DNA from: Prasinococcaceae sp. CCMP 1430
Taxonomy: Eukaryota; Plantae; Prasinodermophyta
NCBI GenBank assembly: GCA_013416795.1
Contig: RQSC01000907.1
Coordinates: forward strand, 4,048 to 14,505
Direction: 5' to 3'
DNA: 10,458 bases
Shown here: positions 1 through 6,916 of the stretch, piece after piece
Layout of the letters: every line of letters begins with the position of its first letter
How positions within the stretch are numbered: position 1 is the first letter of the stretch
Made by a program: the position numbers and the translations under genes
The notes under the pieces: model-generated
Seen by the model: only the letters and a program-made list of their open reading frames with translations
Database searches by the model: none
What the model was told of the DNA's origin: nothing

Positions 1-50
1 GCATGTGGAACAACTCGCGCGACTGGCGGGCGTGATCCGGCAGCGTCGGC

Positions 51-92
51 GCGCCACACCGCTCGCTCGCCCCGCTGCCGGCGGTGTGGCGC
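51..92. repeat. Perfect 12-bp inverted repeat with an 18-nt spacer
   Basis: GCGCCACACCGC at 51-62 and its exact reverse complement GCGGTGTGGCGC at 81-92. Confidence 0.9.
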
Positions 93-136
93 CGCGCGGG
101 GGCGGCCTCGACCGCACGCCTCGCGCGCACAGATTT

Positions 137-145
137 TTTCCCGCC
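137..145 (+). promoter_or_regulatory. E2F-type motif TTTCCCGCC
   Basis: Exact match to the plant E2F consensus at the edge of an AT-rich island. A similar TTTTTTCCGGCGG lies at 1510-1522. Function not shown. Confidence 0.3.
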
Positions 146-203
146 GCACAAATGCACGCGACGGCTCATACGCTCATTGAATCGACCTCCAATGCATTTT
201 GAT

Positions 204-249
204 GGTTTTTGTATTTAGGGTTTGTATTTTAGGTTTGCCGCAAACCCTC
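204..249. repeat. Degenerate telomere-like / telo-box repeats (14-bp unit, about 2.5 copies)
   Basis: GGTTTTTGTATTTA (204-217), GGGTTTGTATTTTA (218-231), GGTTTG. Contains TTTAGGGTTT (214-223) and AAACCCT (243-249). Confidence 0.6.
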
Positions 250-662
250 ATTTTCGAATGCACTTTGATGAAGGTCCCCAAGCGGACCTTTGGGTTGAAA
301 CTCTAGTGTACTAACCCTTTTTCTATGTGACCCTATTTATTCCGAACCGAAATGGGTGGCACCTGGGGTGGGGTCCTGAAGCCCTCGGCGCCGGCCGCGG
401 AGGCGGGCGGGTGCGTGACGGGCGAGGCAGAGCTCCCGCGGCAGAGCGCGCGCCGGCGGGGTTGGCCAGGGGTTTAGGACAGGGCCGAGAAAGGGGGTGG
501 GGGCAGAGCGGCTTCGGCGTCTGCGGCGACGTCGGCTGGGGCGTCCGTCGGTGGCGCGCGCAGCGCGGGCGCGAGCGGAAGGCGCGGACGACGCGGCGGG
601 TGGCGGCGCCGGGACGAAGGGCGACGCGGCGCGCTGATGTCCGCAGTGCCCCCCCCCCCGCC

Positions 663-664
<2 letters not shown>

Positions 665-704
<40 letters not shown>

Positions 705-713
705 ACCACCACC
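665..713. repeat. (CA)19 microsatellite running into CAC/CCA triplets
   Basis: Uninterrupted CA units at 665-702, then CACCACCACCACC. Confidence 0.97.
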
Positions 714-783
714 ATAACCACCAACGACCAATTCCTCGCAAGCAAACAACTCCACGTACAGTAATACATTCATTCGTCGGCCA

Positions 784-872
784 GCACTAGCACTCTGGCA
801 CTGGCACGCGCACTGGCACGCGCACGCGCACGCGCACGCGCACGCGCACGCGCACGCGCACGCGCACGCGCA
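784..872. repeat. Hexamer tandem array GCACTN grading to (GCACGC)n
   Basis: GCACTA, GCACTC, GCACTG, GCACGC and GCACTG units, then about 9.5 perfect GCACGC copies at 816-872. Confidence 0.95.
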
Positions 873-932
873 GCACAGGGTGGTTTGGCTCCCCAACCCG
901 CCCGAGCCCGGGTGCGATCGCGGCCTCTCTCA

Positions 933-1251
933 TCACCAGTAGACGATCTGGGCGACGGTCACGCCGCCGACCAGTGGCTTGATGCCAATCGCGCCCGTGC
1001 CTCCGTCGGGGAGCTCGAACGCCGCGCACGAGCGCGAGGGCAGCAGCCAGCGCCGCGTCGCCTCGGACGCGGCAGAGGAGGCGGACAGGGAAGCCTGAGC
1101 GTCGCCGCCGGCGGGGCCCTCAGCCCACGCGGGCCCCAGCGCATCGCTCGTGGCGAGCGCGCGGGACCCGAGGGGAGTGAGCTGCGTCCCGTCCTGCGCA
1201 GAGACGACGACGTCCGCCGCGGCCGGATGCGCCCTCGCACCCCCCAGCGCA
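933..1251 (-). CDS. Terminal coding exon of a minus-strand gene (not in the ORF track); unknown product, possibly the C-terminus of the gene at 3810-5338
   Basis: Frame reads ALGGARAHPAAADVVVSAQDGTQLTPLG...EATRRWLLPSRSCAAFELPDGGTGAIGIKPLVGGVTVAQIVYW and ends in tandem TGA TGA (935-930). By hand count only about 12 of 105 codons end in A/T. It is preceded by a CAG acceptor (1254-1252) and a GCTCAC branch-like motif (1283-1278). Confidence 0.65.
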
Positions 1252-1352
1252 CTGACCGGGTCGCCTCGAGCGAGCGCGTGAGCGGATCACGCGGGTGGGG
1301 GTTGGGGGGAGCGCAAGGGGGGGGGGAAGTGGACGGGGGGGCGCTGTGGCAC
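1252..1352 (-). other. Putative 101-nt spliceosomal intron
   Basis: Minus strand AG|GTGCCA ... C-rich body ... GCTCAC ... TCAG|. Phase 2 at both ends gives VWVGDATGS-ALGG in frame. Confidence 0.45.
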
Positions 1353-1378
1353 CTGCCCGTCGCATCACCCACCCAGAC
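1353..1378 (-). CDS. Putative 26-nt internal micro-exon (VWVGDATG)
   Basis: TAG acceptor at 1381-1379 with CTGAC at 1400-1396, and GT donor at 1352. In-frame stops lie just upstream, so it cannot be a first exon. Confidence 0.35.
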
Positions 1379-1415
1379 CTAACTTTTCGCCTCGCGTCAG
1401 TTCAGGTTGAGTAAA

Positions 1416-1448
1416 TTAGGGTTCGTAATCATGTAGGGTTTGTATTTT
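1416..1448. promoter_or_regulatory. Telo-box-like motifs in an AT-rich island upstream of the plus-strand gene
   Basis: TTAGGGTT at 1416-1423 and TAGGGTTTGTATTTT at 1434-1448. The latter is identical to 216-230. Confidence 0.45.
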
Positions 1449-1658
1449 TGGTGCGATTGCATTGCGGTTGGAAAGCGCCATCAAAACGAATGCGCTCTCC
1501 GCGCGGCGCTTTTTTCCGGCGGCATTATCCAGACGCGCGCGGCGCGCGCGCGCGCGCTGCCTGCGGCCGCGGCAGGCAAGCGCGAGGGGCGCGCCGCAGC
1601 GCGGGCGCTCGGCCGGTACGTGCGCGGCGACCTCGCCGAGGTGTGGCTGCCAGCGCCC

Positions 1659-1727
1659 ATGCCCGACGGCCCGCACGCGGCCAGGGAGCGCGCGCTCAAG
1701 GGTGGATACCCATGGAAGGCCTCGGAG
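1659..1727 (+). CDS. Exon of an uncharacterised spliced protein (true start uncertain, may lie upstream)
   Basis: MPDGPHAARERALKGGYPWKASE followed by a GAG|GTGCGA donor at phase 0. The frame is open and GC3-biased upstream (YVRGDLAEVWLPAP) but has no earlier ATG. Confidence 0.55.
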
Positions 1728-1894
1728 GTGCGAGGCGCCCGCGCGCGCCCCCTCGTCGGCCCGATCATCATCGCCTTCCCGCCATCGCCCCCCGCCCCCC
1801 CCCCCCTTCGGCTCCCCGCTCCCGCGCTCGCGGCTGCGCTGACCCGCCAGCGGCGCTGCCGCCGCCCCGCCCACACACCCACCCACGCGCGCAG
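1728..1894 (+). other. 167-nt GT-AG intron
   Basis: GTGCGA ... C-rich body, GCTGAC at 1838-1843 ... GCGCAG. The join is in frame. Confidence 0.65.
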
Positions 1895-1978
1895 GTGCTG
1901 AGCCCGACGCTCGCCCGCGAGACGCTCCGCCGCTGCGTCGCCGCGTACGTCGACTCGTGGCGGAGTGAGGAAGACAAG
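1895..1978 (+). CDS. Internal exon of the uncharacterised protein
   Basis: VLSPTLARETLRRCVAAYVDSWRSEEDK, 84 nt, phase 0/0, bounded by CAG| and |GTGCGG. Confidence 0.7.
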
Positions 1979-2199
1979 GTGCGGCACTCTCCTACCCTTC
2001 ACCCTGTCACCCCCACCCCGCGCGTCCGCCTGCGTGCGCGGGCACGCCGTGGCGCCCTGTGCTGACCGAGCCGAGGCCCCCGCATCCCCAACCGCTCGTC
2101 ATTGCCCCGCCCCACCCACCCAACGCACACGCGCGCGCGCGCGCGCGCTCGCACGCACGCCTCACGCGCCTCCAACCCCCCGCGCCGGGCGCCGCGCAG
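1979..2199 (+). other. 221-nt GT-AG intron
   Basis: AAG|GTGCGG ... C-rich and CGCG runs ... GCGCAG|TAC. The join is in frame. Confidence 0.7.
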
Positions 2200-2490
2200 T
2201 ACGACGTGGCGGCCTTTCTGCTCCGCGAGGACGCGTGGGCCGAGGAGCGGCTCGAGATGCGGCTGTTCGAGCGCGTGTGCGAGCAGCGCGGCCTGCCGCC
2301 GCCGCGCTGGTACGGGCCCGGCCACGAGCCGCCGCCGCCGCCGGACTTCGACGCGTTCATGGAGGCTGCCAGGCGCCGCGCCGAGGGGAAACGCGAAGGC
2401 GCGGGCGGCGGCGGAGGGGAAGAGGAGGAGGGCGAGGGCCGGGGGCGCGCCGGGGAGGAGCGCCTGCGCGCGTCCGCGAATGCCCCGGCC
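2200..2490 (+). CDS. Exon of the uncharacterised protein, cut off at the single N
   Basis: YDVAAFLLREDAWAEERLEMRLFERVCEQRGLPPPRWYGPGHEPPPPPDFDAFMEAARRRAEG plus a Gly/Glu tail, with strong GC3 bias. Confidence 0.7.
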
Positions 2491-2491
2491 G

Positions 2492-2492
2492 N
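2492..2492. other. Single ambiguous base coinciding with a frame change and a codon-usage change
   Basis: GCC G-N-AG CTC. The coding frame shifts by +1 across this point. Confidence 0.9.
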
Positions 2493-2494
2493 AG

Positions 2495-3787
2495 CTCACC
2501 GCTGTTCGCGAGCTGTCGAAGCTTCTCGGGCGCGTGAGCGCGCTCAATGTTGTGGAGAGCGGCCCTGCGAGCGAGCACGCGCAGGGCGCGAGCGTGCCCA
2601 GCGTCCTCGAATGGCTAGAGAGCAAAGGTGTTCTCAAAACGATTCTGCGGTCCAACTTTCACCATAGGCAATACGTGGAGCAGGTGGCCAATGTGATGCT
2701 TTTCCTAGTTCAGGAGGGTGCACTTCGTGAGGAACACCTCGCGGACATTTGGGGCGTAGTCGAGGACCCTGAGCAGCACGACTCGGTGAAGACGACCACG
2801 CTTGGACTGCTTACCACACTGGCATGGCATTTCAACACCGCCCAGCTCGACGCGCTCTTCGCACGCTTCGAGAGCATCCTTGTCCGCGGCGATTCTCGCA
2901 GCGCGCTGCGCGCAGTCGACGCTATGGAGGCGCTGGTGGGTGACCGTGACAGCTCGGGCCTCATGACGGATCGCGTTGTCGAGCTGCTGTGGCGCGCTCT
3001 CGTCGGCAACGGCCAGCACTGTGGTACATCCGATGACGACGTTGCCGCTGCGCTCATCGACGCGCTTTCTGGTGCTACGCTCAAGGCGGGGCAGCCGTCC
3101 AAAGACACGAGCGGCGTGGTTAGCATTCACACCTGCGGCGTCCGAGAGAAGCTGATCAATAGAGCTGTTGCCGTGCTGGCTCGACCGGGAGCAACGGCAC
3201 GTTGCCTTGGCCTCCTGCGCGCGCTACTGCGCCTGTATCCGTCCTCAATAGCGTGCTCTGGGTCGGTGGTGAACCTGCAGGCATTCGAGGACACGCGCGC
3301 AGAGCGGCTACAGGTCTTACAAGAGAACCTGCAGCTGACGGAGCGCCTGGTTGACCTGGTGTGCAGGCGGCCTCTGACCGGCGGAGTGGAGACGCGGGAC
3401 TGCGAGTTGCTTCTTGAGTTTTTGGACTTCGTCCTCACCTCTGCTGACGGCAGGATCCTACTCTCGGAAGAATGCACTTCACGCCTTTGGGATGTGCTTG
3501 TCGGTGATGGTGCCGCTGGCCCGCTGGCGGACTATGGGCTGCAATGGGTATCAAAGCTACTGAAGGGCAAACCACTGCTCGATGCCTCCGCGCTGCGTGC
3601 TCTCTTACGTGCACTTGAGGGGCTGCGTTCTTCTGCGTTGGCGGAGAGCGCACTGTACTGTGTGTTGGCCTCCTTTGTTTGGGCGAACGTACAAGGCTCG
3701 CAGAAGCTTCGAATGGGCGATGATATCAACCTGGTAGGTGGGGATATGACTGAATTTGCGTCGGCAGCGGCCATCCTGACGGAGGTC
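2495..3787 (+). CDS. Fragment of a USP9X/USP24 (fat facets-like) deubiquitinase, N-terminal helical-repeat region only
   Basis: Colinear resemblance, from memory, to USP9X: EWLESKGVLKTILRSNFHHRQYVEQV ~ [40 protein letters not shown] ~ LAWDFSPEQLDHLF; GLMTDRVVELLW ~ GVMAHKVLNLLW; DDINLVGGD ~ DDLELIGLD. No stops or introns over about 430 codons. No Cys/His catalytic boxes seen. Confidence 0.75.
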
Positions 3788-3809
3788 AGCGGCGCGGCGT
3801 GTGGCGCAC

Positions 3810-4669
3810 CCCCGAGCCAGGCCCGCCGGGCACAGCAGCGCCGCGCAGCGCGGCTTCGGGAGCGCCGCGGCGCTCGCCATCGCGCGCTCCTCGGCGTCGA
3901 GCGCGGCGGCGACGGGCGGCGCGCGCGCGGCGGCGGTGGCGTCGGCGAGCTCGTCCATGGCGTCGGCGAACATGCTCAGGTACGCGCGCGCGAGCACGAA
4001 GGACTTGAGGTCGTGCGCGAAGGGCGCGGGCAGCCAGCGCTCGCCGACGTAGTACACCTGGCGCAGCGGGCCGCTCTTGGAGTTGACCATGAGGCTCTCG
4101 AAGCTGAACGAGCCGTGCGCCCAGTCGTAGTACAGCGCGCCCACCACGGGCAGGAGGCTGAACTCGTGCAGCGCGGCGGAGGAGGCGTACGCCGCCACCA
4201 GCGCCGCCTCGTGGGGCAGCTCGCACTTCGGGTACCCCTTGTGGTCCGGCGGCAGCGTGTTGTCGACGCCGGTCTTGGGGTTGCCGTCGTAGCGCCCGTC
4301 CTTGACCTGCTCCTCCGCGCCGATGCCGCCGTGGCCGCCGCGCGACTTGGCGCACGCCCGGCGGTTGTTGAGCTCGGCGCCCTCGACCTGCCTGAACACG
4401 AAGCACTGCTGCGCGCACGGCCCGAGGGCGGGGCACTCCCCGTCGCCCTTCTTGGGCGCCCAGCAGGCGTGGGCGGGGGGGAAGCCCTCGCGGTGGGCGG
4501 CCTCGTGCTTGCAGGCCTGGTCGTGGACGCCCGCGCCGTACGGGTTGTCGTCGCTGTCCCAGCGCACGAGCTCCTTGGCGGGCGGGGTGTCGTCCATGTG
4601 CACGAGCGCGACGGCCGGCGCGCCCGGCAGCGCCGCGGCGCGCCGCACGAGCGCCTCGGCGACGCCGGC
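3810..4669 (-). CDS. Coding exon of an uncharacterised Cys-rich protein, possibly SGNH/GDSL-hydrolase-like
   Basis: Strong GC3 bias in the frame AGVAEALVRRAAALPGAPAVALVHM...ERWLPAPFAHDLKSFVLARAYLSMFADAMDEL...LPKPRCAALLC. EALVRR..LP..PAV and W.P.P.AH.L resemble motifs I recall from algal SGNH-like proteins. Candidate GTGCGC donor at 3809. Confidence 0.7.
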
Positions 4670-5326
4670 NNNNNNNNNNNNNNNNNNNNNNNNNNNNNNN
4701 NNNNNNNNNNNNNNNNNNNNNNNNNNNNNNNNNNNNNNNNNNNNNNNNNNNNNNNNNNNNNNNNNNNNNNNNNNNNNNNNNNNNNNNNNNNNNNNNNNNN
4801 NNNNNNNNNNNNNNNNNNNNNNNNNNNNNNNNNNNNNNNNNNNNNNNNNNNNNNNNNNNNNNNNNNNNNNNNNNNNNNNNNNNNNNNNNNNNNNNNNNNN
4901 NNNNNNNNNNNNNNNNNNNNNNNNNNNNNNNNNNNNNNNNNNNNNNNNNNNNNNNNNNNNNNNNNNNNNNNNNNNNNNNNNNNNNNNNNNNNNNNNNNNN
5001 NNNNNNNNNNNNNNNNNNNNNNNNNNNNNNNNNNNNNNNNNNNNNNNNNNNNNNNNNNNNNNNNNNNNNNNNNNNNNNNNNNNNNNNNNNNNNNNNNNNN
5101 NNNNNNNNNNNNNNNNNNNNNNNNNNNNNNNNNNNNNNNNNNNNNNNNNNNNNNNNNNNNNNNNNNNNNNNNNNNNNNNNNNNNNNNNNNNNNNNNNNNN
5201 NNNNNNNNNNNNNNNNNNNNNNNNNNNNNNNNNNNNNNNNNNNNNNNNNNNNNNNNNNNNNNNNNNNNNNNNNNNNNNNNNNNNNNNNNNNNNNNNNNNN
5301 NNNNNNNNNNNNNNNNNNNNNNNNNN
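4670..5326. other. Assembly gap (657 N)
   Basis: Run of N. Confidence 1.
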
Positions 5327-5338
5327 CGCCTCCGCCAT
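5327..5338 (-). CDS. Probable start (ATG GCG GAG GCG) of the minus-strand gene continuing at 4669
   Basis: ATG at 5338-5336 in GCGCG-ATG-G context next to the gap. It is nominally in the same frame, but the gap length is an estimate. Confidence 0.4.
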
Positions 5339-6241
5339 CGCGCGCCCGCGGCGCGCCGGCGGCCCCCGCGCGCCCGAGGCAGGGAGGGGGTGTGACAGGT
5401 GTGTGTGTGCTTCCCCCCGCACCCCCTGCCCCCCCCCCCGCCGCGCGCGCGCGCCGAGTGTCAACACCCTCGGGCCGAACGCGACCTTCGCCGTCGCCCG
5501 CAGGCCCGCAGGGCAAAACGGATGCGTTCAATCCACGCTGTAATTTTTGCTCTTCGCGCGCGCGCGCAACGCCATGGCGCGAGTGCGGGCGAGCGCGCGG
5601 CGCTGCTAGTAGTGCGCTGGCGAGGCAAAAGGCCAACGCCGGAACGCAGGCGGGGTAAGGAATCCAAACAAAGAGCCGACCAACCAACCCAGGGCCGAAA
5701 CGATGATCCTCATCCAATCGGCGGTTCCACCCGTTTACACCGGGTCTGACGCGGGGGCCTCTTGGCCGGGGACCCGCGGCTTTCGCCGACGCCGCGGCCC
5801 CCGCTCGAACGAGCACAGCACGCTGGACAGTACAGTCGTGCTGGTGGTTGATTAATTGACCTTTGGTCGGTCGGGCGCCGCGGGCTACCGTAGTACAGTA
5901 GTCTAGTGGGACTACAAAAGACTCAATGCATGGCATCGTGTCTGGCCCAGCCAATTGCATGTGATGCGACCCAACGCACGTACGTACTCCTTCTTGATGA
6001 ATGAGGAGTGGCCTGCCGAGTTTGTCGCTCGGCGCGCGCGCGCGAGACGCGCCGCGGGGCGCCGCGCCGGCCGCGGTCGAAACGCATCATCGCCCAACGC
6101 TCGATCGATCGACTCCTCCGCAACGGAACCGCGCGATCGCGCAATTCGCGCCCTCATCCGCAGGCGCACCCGCGGATGAGGGCGCCCCGGCCTCGGTCGG
6201 CCGGCCGGCAGGATGGCGGGGGGCGCAGCGCGGGAGCGGTC

Positions 6242-6292
6242 AAAATAAATAAATAAATAAATAAATAAAATAAACAAAACAAAACAAAAAAA
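6242..6292. repeat. A-rich microsatellite (AAAT)n then (AAAAC)n
   Basis: AAAATAAATAAATAAATAAATAAATAAAATAAACAAAACAAAACAAAAAAA, in the divergent intergenic region. Confidence 0.95.
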
Positions 6293-6372
6293 GCGCCTCC
6301 GCGCGTCGGTCGGTGGATGGATCGATGGATCGAAGGCACAAACGAACGACGCCCCGCCCGGCGTCGCGCGAT

Positions 6373-6438
6373 GCGCGCGCGAATTTCGCGCGCGCGAAAA
6401 AAATTTAAAAAATCGACCGGAAAACGCGCGCGAAAAAA
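6373..6438. promoter_or_regulatory. CGCG/poly(dA) palindromic cluster with E2F-like TTTCGCGC motifs upstream of ABC1K1
   Basis: Perfect palindrome TTTCGCGCGCGCGAAA (6384-6399), a further GCGCGAAA at 6428-6435, and A-tracts. Confidence 0.35.
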
Positions 6439-6613
6439 GCAGGGGCGGGCGGCGGCGAGGCCTGGGAGCCCACGGACGGCCGACGTGGCGCGCGCGCGCG
6501 CGAGCGCGAATCAACGGCGAGCGAAAGGGACGGCAAAGAGATGCGGAACAATGGGAAAAACGACGGAACGGAGCGCGCGCAAAGGCGGCCGCGCGCGCCG
6601 GCGGCGCGCGGCG

Positions 6614-6836
6614 NNNNNNNNNNNNNNNNNNNNNNNNNNNNNNNNNNNNNNNNNNNNNNNNNNNNNNNNNNNNNNNNNNNNNNNNNNNNNNNNNNNNNNN
6701 NNNNNNNNNNNNNNNNNNNNNNNNNNNNNNNNNNNNNNNNNNNNNNNNNNNNNNNNNNNNNNNNNNNNNNNNNNNNNNNNNNNNNNNNNNNNNNNNNNNN
6801 NNNNNNNNNNNNNNNNNNNNNNNNNNNNNNNNNNNN
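6614..6836. other. Assembly gap (223 N), probably containing the ABC1K1 start
   Basis: Run of N. Confidence 1.
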
Positions 6837-6879
6837 CCGCGCGCGCGGCGCCGACCGCGGCCGCCACGGCGCCCCCCGC

Positions 6880-6916
<37 letters not shown>

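Noticed and set aside
214-223. AAACCCTAAA (minus strand) as a telomerase RNA template
   Set aside because: Only the 10-mer supports it. I could not identify a type-3 Pol III promoter or conserved TR elements, and a telo-box is the simpler reading.
268-290. GAAGGTCCCC as RNase MRP/P conserved region I
   Set aside because: No matching CR-V or P4 pairing partner was found downstream.
352-640. Short or spliced plus-strand gene (ATG 352, GTGCGT 411, CAG 504-506)
   Set aside because: No consistent codon bias or recognisable product, and the putative intron is G-rich whereas the supported introns are C-rich. The region remains unexplained.
323-896. ORFs with VCVCVC, THTHTH or CACACA runs
   Set aside because: They are translations of the microsatellites.
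3776-3809. 34-nt minus-strand mini-intron (GTGCGC...CTGAC...CAG)
   Set aside because: It is far shorter than the other introns, and splicing would lead into the antisense of the USP frame with no coding bias.
1379-3809. Intervening block as a TIR transposon
   Set aside because: No terminal inverted repeats, target-site duplication or transposase sequence.
2102-5395. 1097-aa plus-strand ORF as one protein
   Set aside because: It is a composite of intron sequence, an out-of-frame exon, the USP-like fragment, the antisense shadow of the minus gene, and N-runs.
5542-5549. AATTTTTG as the Sm site of an snRNA
   Set aside because: The flanks match no U snRNA I know, and similar T-tracts recur at 1443 and 8795.
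5702-5749. GATGATC...CTGA as a box C/D snoRNA
   Set aside because: The C box is imperfect, the span is short and there is no terminal stem.
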